DNA of 64,000 bases from the human T2T-CHM13v2.0 reference genome, Homo sapiens, in the NCBI RefSeq assembly GCF_009914755.1, contig NC_060931.1; one strand, written 5' to 3'. The notes under the pieces were generated by a model. It did not search any database and was not told the DNA's origin. It saw only the letters and a program-made list of their open reading frames with translations. The position numbers and the translations under genes were made by a program. Shown here piece after piece: positions 1-12,429 of the stretch (position 1 is the stretch's first letter; each line of letters starts with the position of its first letter).

Positions 1-441
1 AATTACAAGATCTTCCATCTAAGTCCATACTTTATATTATATGACAGCCACTTTTGATATGCAATACCTTCTTAAATTTCTTCCTCTGTGTTGCTTGGGT
101 AGCCACACAGCAACAAATTTCAGCATGTTTTTTTGGTTCATGTATTGCTTCCAGGTATTTTAGTTGATGCTTTCACAAATACAGTTATGCCTCAGTGACT
201 TGCCAAGCAATACTACAATGCACAATAGTACACTAGTTTCAGTGTTAAAAGGCAAAGCTGTTACAATGGTAAGTTTTCATGGCAAGAAAAAATTCTAACC
301 ACCTGTGCAAGAAAGGGTTAATTCACCAGGCGGATTTTACTGTTATCTCTGTTATATAAATGCTATATTAAATGTAGACGCTCAGAAACATATGATCATT
401 TTGCTGGAAAACAGCCAAGGACAAGAGCCAGAAGGATAGGC

Positions 442-1159
442 TGTGCAGGAAAGGGCAGACCTGGGTTTCTCCAATACTGCAAATTCCTAAGAAAAGCTTG
501 TATTTCGCACTGATCCTTAAGATGGCTGAGCCTGTAGAATATTCTGCCTGTTAAGAGTGTTTTCATATTTCTGAAGACTTAGGCTGTGCTATACTATTTT
601 GACCAGAGAGTTTATGCTAAATATACAATTAATGGTGAATATATTTTCTAAACCTGATCATACAGTGACCAGTATAACAAAACAGTTTATGCTAACAAAT
701 GTGATTTATGGCGAATGCCTGTTTTTACCCTAGATAAAGGTAAAGGGTTTTTTTTTTGTTTGTTTTTTGTTGTTTTTTTTTCTTCCCCTGGATAAAGGGG
801 TTCTGGGGTCTGAGTAACTAAGGCCAGTCATGCAGACACTCCATGTTTATATGACTGACAGTAAAAGCCTGGACATCAAGACTTAGTGAAATTCCATGGT
901 TGGCAACACTTTGTGTATGTTTTCACATAGCATTCCTGGGAGAATCAGGTCTTCCCTTGTATGCCTCCACTGAATGGGGATACCTAGAAGTTTGTGCTGC
1001 TTTGACCCGAACTTCTCTCCATATGCCTTTTTTTCTTTGCTTATTCTAATTTGTATCTTTGTGGTGTCATAAATGATAACCTTAAGTGTAACAGTATCTG
1101 AGTCCTGTGAATCCTTCTAGCTCATAGAATCTAAAGCAGTCTTAAGGGCCTCTGACACA
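442..1159 (+). mobile_element. ERVL-class solo LTR, MER68/MER77/MER21-group
   Basis: Starts TGTGCAGGAAAGGG, has internal AGTTTATGCTAA repeats, and ends ...CTGAGTCCTGTGAATCCTTCTAG...TCTGACACA, resembling recalled MER68/MER21 consensus. Confidence 0.7.
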
Positions 1160-1322
1160 ACACTGTTTCCCATGAGATAAATAAGAATTTAGAAGACATA
1201 TATTCAACAGCTTAAAGGCATAGTAATTTTGCTAGAAACTTTTATCTGTTACAGAAAGCTATACAATGGCAACTAAAGAGGTTATCCAGGCAATTGCAAT
1301 TAAAAAAAAGTCTCGATAGAGG

Positions 1323-1330
1323 CTTTCTTT

Positions 1331-1386
<56 letters not shown>

Positions 1387-1401
1387 TGTCTTTCTTTTTT
1401 T
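1323..1401. repeat. (TTTC)n microsatellite
   Basis: Directly visible tandem TTTC run. Confidence 0.97.
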
Positions 1402-2686
1402 AACCATACTTTCTAAAACCTGATTTGTTTATTAGGTCTCACCACTTAGATAAGGAGATATTTTTTAGTTCATAGCATGGAGGATTTTTCTATGAATTCC
1501 TGAGGAAAGTTGTTACTCATTAAAATGAAGATCTGTATCCATTTTCAAAACATGAAAATATTGCTAAATGTTAACTATGCTATTTTGTTCATCATAGATC
1601 TGGAAATGCTATCTCCAGAATGCTATTGAATTTACATAGTATTTATATATGCGATAGCAAAAATACTAAAGAAATTTCTTGTGCTAGTCTAGAATCTAGT
1701 TTCACTCAGTTTTGAGAATATATCTAATCCAAACATAAAATTTGTATTTTTACACTACCTTTAATGAAAAAGCATTGAGATCCTTCTTCATTAGCTTGAA
1801 TCTCCTGTACCTTGAATATTGTGTTATGTTTATAACAGCACTGTGTTTGTAGGGATAACCATTTGTAATTCTAACTTAATCTGTATTGAAAAGTCATTAA
1901 GAAGTATAAAGCTCTTCATATTTGGCACAATAAATGTAGCCATGAGGATGAAGACATGAAAAAGTGATTTATTTATTTGTGAAATACAGGCTTATCCATA
2001 TCTACCACATACCTAATCTCGCTTAAACCATGTAGGGTCTATGATGCTAAATATTCACACTACTTACCAAGCATGCTGAAATAAATCGTGGGTGATCTCC
2101 ATGTCATAGCTAATATCAAGGATATTTTGGCATTAATTTCCAATGTATGGAATTTTTATTCTAACATTTTTTAGATATTTAGCAAATATTTTAGAATAAA
2201 TTAATAGAAACACAGCTGTTTCTCAATTACAATTGCCACTATATCTCTGACAGCTGAATGACTTTGAATTTTATTTTGAGTAGTAAAAGATGCATAAATT
2301 TCTTTCCTAGAGGAGAATGCAATATTTAAAGTTCATTACAAATTATTTAGCCAGTCATCTGAGAAAGAAAACCTGCCAAATTCCATGAGACAATGAGTTG
2401 GAAATGATAGTTGTGGACAGGTAGTTCATTATGAAGAATAAGAATAAAAAACATGCAATTACTGGGAATAATGGTTTTCTTCTATATGGCTGAATGCTGA
2501 AATGATTCTGTTTTCGCTGTGTGCAAGAGAGTTTATTTCAAACAAGCTAACTAACATTGGACAGAGCTTTTGTTTAGAAAGTTGAGAAGCTATTCAGGAA
2601 AGAAGAAGATAATAAAACTCATATAAGTTGAAACTGAAACTTGAGTATGTCATACTGAAACACATACCACGTACCTTCCTACATGT

Positions 2687-2693
2687 ACACACA

Positions 2694-2731
<38 letters not shown>

Positions 2732-2745
2732 AAGAGAGACAGAGA
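2687..2745. repeat. (CA)n-(GA)n compound microsatellite
   Basis: Directly visible. Confidence 0.95.
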
Positions 2746-2910
2746 AATACATAATCAAAAAATATTAAAAAAGAAATTTGTACATATTGCTGATTATAAA
2801 AATATCGTTTTTCTACCTAAGAAGAAAAATGACTTTGTTAGATTTAAAGAAAATTATGCTGAAAATTCTGAGAAGGCTGTAATGTAGGAAGCATTAAGAA
2901 TCTGTCTCTT

Positions 2911-3195
2911 TGCCTGGTGTGGTGGTTTACACCTGTAATCCCAGCACTTTGGGAGGCCAGGGAGGTTGGATCACCTGAGGTCAGGAGCTTGGGACCAGCC
3001 TGCTCAACATGGGGAAACCCCATCTCTACTAAAAATAAAAAAATTAGCCAGGCGTGATGGAGCACGCCTGTAGTCCCAGCTACTCGGGAGGCGGAGTCAG
3101 GAGAATTGCTGCTTGAACCCAGGAGGCAGAAGTTGCAGTGAGCCAAGATCGTGCCACTGCACTCCAGCCTGAGTAATAGAGTAAGACTCTGTCTC

Positions 3196-3226
<31 letters not shown>

Positions 3227-3228
3227 AA
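2911..3228 (+). mobile_element. AluS (Sx/Sz/Sq-like) SINE
   Basis: Dimeric Alu with GATCACCTGAGGTCAGGAG, A-rich linker and long poly(A); no TSD found. Confidence 0.95.
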
Positions 3229-3229
3229 T

Positions 3230-5303
3230 GAGATCCTGTGGCTTATTAACCGTCATGAGAATAGTATGGGAAAGACCCACCCCCATGATTCAATTACCTC
3301 CCACCGGCTTCCTCCCACAACACATGGCAATTCATGATACAATTTAGGTTGAGAAACAGCCAAACTATATCATTCCACCTCTGGTCCCTCCCAAATCTCA
3401 TGTCTTCACATTTAAAAAATAATCATGCCTTCCCAACAGTCCCCCAAAGTCTTAACTCATTTCAGAGATCTCAGAAGTTCACAGTCCAAAGTCTCATCTG
3501 AGACAAGGCAAGTCCCTCCTGCCTATGAGCCTGTAAAATCAAAAGCAAGTTAACTACTTCCTAGATACAATAACGGCAAAAAGCGTTAGGTAAATACAGC
3601 CATTCCAAATAGGATAAATGGTCCAAAACAAAGGGGCTACAGGCCCCGTGCAAGTCCAAAATCCATTGGGGCAGTCAAATATTAAAGCTCCAAAATCATC
3701 TCCTTTGACCTCATGTATCATCCGGGTGATGCTGATGCAAGAGATGGGTTCCATATGGTCTTAGGCAGCTCTGCACTTGTGGCTTTGCAGGGTACAGCCT
3801 CCCTACGGGCTGCTTTCAATGGGCTGGCATTGAGCATCTGCACCTTTTCCAGGCAAATGGTGCAAGCTCTTGGTTGATCTACCATTCTAGGGTCTGGAGG
3901 ACAGATGGTGGCCCTATTCTCACAGCACCACTAGGTGATTCCCTAGTAGGAACTCTGTGGGAGGGCTCTGACCCCACATTTTCATTTTTGCACTGCTCTA
4001 GCAGAGGTTCTCCATGAGCGCCATGTCCCTACAGTAAACTTCTGTGTGGACATCCAGGAATTTCCATACATCCTCTGAAATGTAGGCTGAGGTTCCCAAA
4101 CCTCAATTCTTGACTTTTGTGCACCCACAGGCTCAACACCATGTGGAAGCTGCCAAGGCATGGGGCTTGCATGCTCTGAAGCCACACCCGAGCTGTTCTT
4201 GACCCCTTTTAGTCATGGCAGGAGTGACTGGGACACTGGGCACCAATTCCTAGACTGCACAAAGAAGAGGGACCCTGAGACGGGCCCACAAACCATTTTG
4301 TTTTTCCTAGCCCTTTGGGTCTGTGGTGGGAGGGGCTGCTACAAGAATCTCTGACATGCCCTGAAGATATTTTCCCCATTTTCTTGGGGATTAACATTCA
4401 GCTTCTCATTACTTATGCAAATTTATGCAGCCAGCTTGAATTTCTCCTCAGAAAATCAGTTTTTGTCTATCACATTGTCAGGCTGGAAATTTTCAGAACT
4501 TTTATGATCTGCTTCCCCTTTAAAACTGAATGGCTTTAACAGCACCCAAGTCAACCCTTGAATGCTTTGTTTAGAAATTTCTTCTGCCAGATACGCTAAA
4601 TCAACTCTCTCAAGTTCAAAGTTCCACAAATCTCTAGAGCAGGGATAAAATGCTGCCCGTCTCTTTGCTAAAACATAACAAGGGTCACCTTTGCTCCAGT
4701 TCCCAACAAGTTCCTCATCTTCATCTGAGAACACCTCAGCCTGGATTTCATTGTTCCTATCATTACCAGCATTTTGGTCAAAGCCATTCAACAAGTCTCC
4801 AGGGAGTTCCAAACTTTCCCACGTTTTTCTGTCTCCTTCCGAGCCCTCTGAACTGTTCCACCCTCTGCCTGTTACCCAGTTCCAAAGTCACTTCCATGTT
4901 TTCAGTTTTCTTTACAGCAGTGCTCCACTCTACTGGTACCAATTTACTGTATTAGTCTGTTCTCACGCTGCTGATAAAGTCATACCTGAGACAGGGTAAT
5001 TTATAAGGAAAAAGAGGTTTAATGGACTCACAGTTCCGCAGGGCTGGGGAGGCCTCACAATCATGGCAGAAGGCAAGGAGGAGTAAGTCAGGTCTTACGT
5101 GGATGGTGGCAGGCAAAGAGAGAGCTCTCTGCAGGGAAACTTCCCCTTATAAAATCGTCAGTTCTCATGAGACTTATTCACTATCACGCGAACAGCATGG
5201 GAAAGACCAGCCCCGAGGATTCAATTACCTCACAGCTATTCCCTCCAACAACATGTGGGAATTTAAGATGAGATTTTGGTGGGGATAGGGCCAAACCATA
5301 TGA
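3230..5303 (-). mobile_element. THE1 (THE1B-like) MaLR element: truncated 3' LTR 3230-3372, internal 3373-4947, 5' LTR 4948-5303
   Basis: LTR ends CCAAAC(T/C)ATAT(C/G)A and TGTATTAGTCTGTTCTC; ~1.57 kb THE1-int sequence between them. Confidence 0.92.
4456..4812 (-). pseudogene. THE1-int MaLR ORF remnant
   Basis: ELPGDLLNGFDQNA...DEELVGNWSKGDPCYVLAKR is typical of the MaLR internal ORF; the frame is disrupted downstream. Confidence 0.75.
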
Positions 5304-7598
5304 CCTTTCAATGTTCAATATCAACTAAGCACAAATAAATATAGTAATGTAGGAAACGAGGGACAAAAAAGCTATAAGGCATATAGAAAGTAAATAGTAA
5401 AATGAGACATATGACTCCCTCCTTATTAGTAATAACTTTAAATATAAATGAATTAAACTCTTCAATCAAAAAACAGAGTAAAAAATAGAAGTTTTGACTT
5501 ATGATGTATACAAAAGACTCATTTTAGATCTAAAGACACAAATTGATTGAAAATAAAAGGAGGGAGAAGGATATTCCATGCAAATAGTTACAAAAAGAGA
5601 ACAAGGATGGCTATACTAATGTGAGAAAAAAAATACTTTAAACCAAAACAGTTAACAAGAGACAAATAAAGACATTATGTCTTGATAAAAGGTTAAATAC
5701 AGCAAGATAAAATATCAATTATAAACTTATATGCACCTAATAGCAGACCATGAAAATGTATGTAGCAATAACTGACTGAATTGAGGACAGAAATAGATAG
5801 TTCTACAGTAATAATAGGAGACTTTAATATCCCACCCTCAATATTGTATAGAATAACCAGGCAGAAAATTCATAAGGAAATAGAAGAGTTAAACAGCATA
5901 ATAAGCCAAATAGATCTAACAGACACTTAAATAACCCCGTAGCCAACACCAATATAATACACATTTTTCTCAAGTGTACATGGAACATTTTCCAGGACAG
6001 ACCACAATTTAGGCCACAAATTAAGTCCCAATTGATTTAAAAATATATATAATTATACAAATTATCCTCTCTAACCACAACAGAAGAATATACTTAGAAA
6101 TAAAAAATATAAGGGAAAATGAAAAATTTATAAATATTTAGAAATTATTTTAAAAATATACAAACAAAATATTAAAGGAAAACCACAAGAGAAATTAGAA
6201 AATACTTCAGAGATAATTAAACTTAAAAACATAACATACTAAAACTTATGGGACATGGCAAAATCAGTGCCAAGTGGGAAATTTACAGCTTTTAATTCTT
6301 ATATTAAAAAAAAAGAGAGAGAGATCACAAATCAGCAATGTAACTTTACAGTTTAACAAAATAGTAAAAGCAAAACAATTAAATCCACAGTTACGAAAAG
6401 TAAAGATAATAAAAGAACTGAGTAGAGGCAAATTAAATAGAGAGTAGAAAAAAATAGAGAAAATCAATGAAACCCAGAGATAATTCTTTGAAAAGTTCAA
6501 CAAAACAGACAAATCATTACCCAGATGGACTAAAAAGAGACAGAAGAATCAAGTTACAGAAAATAAAAAAATAGAAGACTTAAAGTCAGAAATGAAAGAG
6601 GGAAGACTAATACTTATTCCATAAAGCTAAAAAGGATCAAAAGAGAGTGCTATGAACAATTGTATGCCAAAAAACTGGATAACCTACATAAAGTGAATAA
6701 ATTCCCAGGACACAAATCTTATCAAGACTAAATCATGAAGAAATAAAAAGAAAATGAATAAAACTAAAAAAAGTAAGGAGAATGAATTAGCAATTTAAAA
6801 TTTTCTGACAAAGCAAAGCCCTGGACCTGATGTAATCACTGGTGAAGTCTACAAAATACTTAAACAAGAACATAATATTTTCTCAAAATGTTCCAAAACA
6901 TTGAAGAGGAGGGAACATGTCTTAATTCATCCTATGAGGCTAGCATTATTGTGATACCAAATACACTAAAGAAAAAAAAATCAATGTTTTTTATAAATAT
7001 TTATGTAAAACTTCTCAACAAAATACTATTAAACTGAATTTAGCACCATATTAAAAGTATTATATACCATGACAATATGGGATTTATTTCCAGAATGCAA
7101 GAATGGTTAAATACACAAAAGTTGATCAATGTAATATACCATATTAACAGAATTTTGAAAATGCACATTATACTCTAAATTGTTGCAGAGAAAGTATTTG
7201 ACAAAATTTAACACCCTTACATAGGACAAACATTCAATAAAGTAGAAGCAGAACTACCTCAACATAATAAAAGTCACATACAAAAATCTCACAATGAACA
7301 TTCTACTAAGTAATGAAAGATTGAAAGTGTTTCTTCTAAGATTAGGAATTAGGCAAGTATGCTCATTTTTGCCACTTCCATTCAACACAACACTGGAAAT
7401 TCTAGCTGGAGCATTTATACAAGTAAAAGAAATAAAGTCATCCAAATTGGAAAGAATGAAGTAAAATTATCTATTTTCATAGGTTATATTATCTAATATA
7501 TAAAAAACTCTAAGTGTTACACACACACAAACACAAACACATACATATGCGGTTAGAAATAATACATAAACTCAGCAAAGTAGCGGAACGCAAAGTCA

Positions 7599-7625
7599 AC
7601 ACACACACACACACACACACACACA
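7599..7625. repeat. (CA)n microsatellite within L1
   Basis: Directly visible. Confidence 0.9.
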
Positions 7626-8748
7626 AATTACACTTCTATGCACAAACAATAAACCTTGTGAGGAGACTAAGAAAAAAATACCATTGACAATAGCATAAAA
7701 AAATACTTAAGAATAAACTTAACCCAAGGAGGTGAAAAGCTTATAGATCAAAAACTTTGAAACATTGCTGAAATAAAGAGGACATAAATAAATGAAAACA
7801 TATCTACTTTTCATGGACTGGAAGACTTAATATTGTTGTCAATATTACCCAAAGCAATCTATACATTTAATGCAATCCCTATTAAAATATCAATAACATT
7901 TTTTGTAGCAATAAAAAACCCTTACTAAAATCCACATAAAATCTCAGACACTCCAAAAACCAAAACATTCCTGAAAAAGAACAAACCTGGAAAACTCACA
8001 CTTTCTAATTTCAAAACTTACTACAAACTACAGTAATCAAAGCGTTGTGGCATTGGCATAAAGACACATAGAACAATGAAATGCAATAAAGAATCAATAA
8101 ATAAGCCCTCTCATATATTGTCAAGTAATTTTTTACAAAAGTTTCAAGACAGTTTAATGGAGAAAGACCACGTCTATCAGACAAATGTTGCTGGGAAAAG
8201 TAGACACCCATATGCCAAAAAACAAAACAAAACAACAACAAAAAACCTATTTGGGCCCTTACTGAACACTACATGTGTAACTTAACATAAATTGAATGAA
8301 AACTTAAATGTAAGACCTGAAACTACTAAAATCTGGTGGGAAAACATACAGTAAAAGCTTCGTGACATTGGATTTGGCAATAAAATTTTGGATATGACAC
8401 CAAAGGCACTAAAAGAAAAGAAAAAAAAATAGACAAATTGGAGTTGATGAAACTTCTTTAAAAATGTAAATCAAAAGACACTATCCAAAGAGTAAAAAGG
8501 CAACCCACAGAATGGGAGAAAACATTTGCCAATTATATATCTGATAAGGAATTAATAGCCAGAATATATGGAGATCTATTAAATCACAACAACAACAAAA
8601 AAAGACCTAATTTAAAAAATAGGCAAAAGACTTGAAGTCATTTTTCTAAAAAAAAAAAATGTCTAATAAACACATGAAAATATGCTAAAAATCATGGATC
8701 ATTAAGGAAATGCAATTGAAAGTATAAAGAGAAGCCACCCATTAGGAT

Positions 8749-8751
<3 letters not shown>

Positions 8752-8804
<53 letters not shown>

Positions 8805-8820
8805 GATGTATATATATACA
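8752..8820. repeat. (TA)n microsatellite
   Basis: Uninterrupted AT run 8752-8800 plus a short second run. Confidence 0.95.
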
Positions 8821-11800
8821 TATATTCTGCAATAAACCCAAATGTACAAATATCTCCTTAAGAACCTGGTTTCAATACTTTTGAGTGTATACACAGAAGT
8901 GAAATTGTTGGATCATATTTTAAGTTTTTTGAGGAACCACTATACTGTTTTTCACAGTTGCTGTACAATTTTATATTACCACTAACTGGTCACAAGGATT
9001 TCAATTACTACATAGCCACACCAACGCTCCAGTGACTTTTATTTTCTGGGATACATATATATATGTAATATAAAATCATACAGCAACTGTGAAAAACAGT
9101 ATAGTCATTCCTCAAAAAACTTAAAATATGATTGTATTCAAAGTATTGAAACCAGGTTCTTAAGGAAATATTTGTACATTTGGGTTTATTGCAGAATTAT
9201 TCACAATAGCTAAAAGGTGGGGCCAGTCCAAGAATCATTGACTGATAAATGGGTAAACAGAATGTGGCATACAGATACAATATTATTCATTGTATACAAT
9301 ATTATTAATTGTATGTATATACCACATTCTGTTTACCCATTCATTATTATACCCAATAATATTATTCAGCTTGAAAAAGAAAGGAAATTTTGACATGTGT
9401 TACAACATGAATAAACTGAGTATACTATGCTAAGTGAAGTAAGAAAGAAAAAAGACAAATATTATATGACTGCAATCATACAAGGTACTTGGAGTATGCA
9501 AAATCATAGAGTCAGAAAGCATAATGGTAGTTGCCAGTGGCTGAGGAAAAAATAAACTGTACAGTTATTGTTAATGGGTATGGAAATTCAGCTTTGCAAG
9601 ATGAATAGAATTCTGGAGATGGATGGTGATGATTATTACACAACATTATGAATGTATTTTATACTACTGTACGGTATACTTAAAATGGTTTAGATGGTAA
9701 GTTTTACATTATGTGTTTTGTACCACAATAACAACAAAACCGGACCAAAGAAAATTATGGGCAAAATAGTTGTGAACATAGAGAAAGTAATCCCCATGGA
9801 AGTAATATTCCTCTTTTATTCAAATGCTGTTCTGTAAAAGCTTTTGTAATAATGCATTTCTTACAAGAAAACTAACTTTATGACCTGCTATAACTTTATT
9901 AGCTAACTAATCATACAGAGGTAAAGATTTCAAGTGATATTAGTGTACCCACTGCTGTTTATTTTATGTTTTATATTTTCTCTGTGTAATTATTTATATT
10001 TTTTTTGTAATTTAGTTGAGAGAATGAATAATTTATTTCCAAATTGTTGTACAATGGAGACTCTCTACAAATCTGAATAGTAACCTTTGCCTTAAAGTCT
10101 TGTGTAAATTTTTTTCAATATCAGTAAAACTTGTTGAGAGAATGTAGTAGTTATATAAAACATTTTATTTAATTTTATTTGTAGTAGTTGTTTATTTCAG
10201 TAATTTTCATACCACCAGTAGAAAATAAGTGCTGTCAGATACAATAGCCATCAGTTGAATTAAATAATTTAAAATATGACCTTTATGCTTTTTGTTCTTT
10301 TCTTTAGTCTTCCTTAAAGGATGTCTGCTTTGATATTCATAACATGACCTACTTTTCCTAGTTTTAACAAGAATAACACACTGAAGATCAATTTAGAGCA
10401 GAGAAATATTGCCACATTAAGAGTATAGTCAAATTTCTCGTGGAGTGAGAGTAAAACTTTACTTATAAGAGTCGCAGGGATTCCTGGAGAGTCACAGACA
10501 GAAATGACGATAACAAAATAATACAAAACAGTGGATTCCACAAAGTATGTGCATATATAGTAATATATTCAAAAGAAAAAAATTATCATTAAATTCAGAA
10601 ACTTATAAATTATTTGTAATAAACTTGTAATAAATTTAATAAATAAATTTGAAATAAAAAGTATTCTTCTTTATGATATAATGATAAAGAGATGTAAAAT
10701 TAGCTATTAGGCCTGTATTGTGCTGAATATTAGTGGAATAATCACAATTAAACAAACTGTGCTTACAAAAAATATACCAATGCTGTTGTTTCAAATATTT
10801 AATTATTAAGGAATTAAATTATTGAACAGGTAATGTCTTACCTGTTTCTAGATATACTGCAATGAAAGCAGAAGCAAGTTACAAATGCAGACTGTAAATG
10901 GACAATATTTAGACAATGTCAATGGCTGGAGTGTTTAGAAATCTTCATGAAAGTGGTGTGTAAATTGGTGCCATGAAAGATGTATGGAATTCCAGCAAGC
11001 AGATATAAGTAAAAGGAGCATTTTCACAATTATAGGTAGAGAGAGAAGTGTAAACAGAACCACCAAGATAAGTGTAATATGTATGAAGTTGGAAAAGTAA
11101 GTAGAGATAAGATTGTGAAAGGCCTAGAGCCATCTTTATCAGTCAAGGTTCAATTAGAAAAACAGAAATTTTAGTAATTATTAGTAATAAATATTTTAGT
11201 AATAGGCCTCACCAAGTTGCAGAAAAAAAGAAAAAACTGGGGTGGTAACAATCAAGAAGGATAACTTGGAAAATAATTGTAAAGTTAGTAACTGTTTCAG
11301 AAACACTGACGTTTAAAGTTAAAGTACATATGGTATGTTTTTCATGGTTTGTCCAACTGGGTAGTATTTGCAGATTAATGGTTATGAGTAACAAATTATG
11401 TGTATTTGTAACTTCTACATACAATATCATACAAACTGCTCCTTAAAATAATTACAAAGAACAATAATACCACAACACCTTCAACATTTCCAATTTTACC
11501 ACTAACAACAGAATCCAGTTATTTGTACTTAAAGAAGATGTTAATGGAATTCAAACTCAAGACAGAAGTTTCAGGTGTGGGAATCAAACGAAAAAGAGTA
11601 ATAAGGCAAGGCATTCAACACAGTATTTTTAAAGCTTAAATTTTACCCCCTTTAAAAAAAAAGCTTTGTTTTAGACCTAATACCAAAGTTAAAGTCAAGT
11701 TTTACCTATGTATTAAAAAGTTCTGACCAAGTATGATAGCATGTCTGTAATATTTTATCACCCTTCCTTTTTCCTCAGAGATTCTGAAACTCTACACAGT

Positions 11801-12429
11801 CTGTCACAGAGAATTCAGTAAGGTTCATTGTGGGGTATTGAATTCCATGTTCTATATAATTTTCAAATACTTCTCAAGGTGATTACAATACACATAGTTG
11901 CAATACATTTAATAATAGGTGTTTGACTTTTAATAATCATGTTTCCTAAAATATTGCTTATCTAATTACATTATTTATAAAAAAAAAAACTGTCAAGTTT
12001 TTGGGATATGTGTATGTCTTCATCCTAAACACAGACAGAAAATGCTTAGGCTATTACTGGAACAGGGATCTTGACATCCACTCAGCAAATGACCAGAGCT
12101 ATATCACCAAACGTCAGTCAAATTCCTAATGAATGATTCATCTCCTTCCTCCATCTGTTCTGAATTTCCCCTGGCTTTCACTCTTTGGAAATCTTTACTC
12201 AGTAATTTCTGACCCATGAGAAAATAAAAATTATGCCATTTCTTTCCTGAAAGAAATTTTAAAAGTGGTTCTTGAACTATGTTCCACAAGTTCTTCATAG
12301 ATCATTTGTATGTCTGACCCTTCAAATAATCTCAAATGTCTCCCCTTTTATCTTTTTTATATGCTGAGACTCCAGATAAAAAAAATCACATTTATAAAGG
12401 CTTTTAAATTTTCTTTAAATTACTCTATA

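Larger units (their letters stand above)
5304..9740 (+). mobile_element. L1MB-type LINE-1 fossil: decayed ORF2 (EN, RT, C-terminus) plus 3' UTR
   Basis: EN start (ATAACTTTAAATATAAATGAATTAAAC), YAPN-like TATGCACCTAAT, RT region, and an L1MB-like 3' end ...TTTTGTACCACAATAAC; many stops and frameshifts. Confidence 0.9.

Noticed and set aside
2844-3197. 117-aa ORF ([12 protein letters not shown]...)
   Set aside because: Standard antisense Alu translation; the ORFs at 30830-31048 and 43385-43573 are likewise Alu-derived
5400-9400. Possible active L1 ORF2
   Set aside because: Many stops and frameshifts, degraded RT motif, internal inversion, and no 5' UTR or ORF1
11800-11900. Possible MER5-like fragments (also ~47865-48010) and weak MIR/L2 traces near 18210-18510, 62700-62880 and 63720-63850
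   Set aside because: Similarity too weak to support by eye
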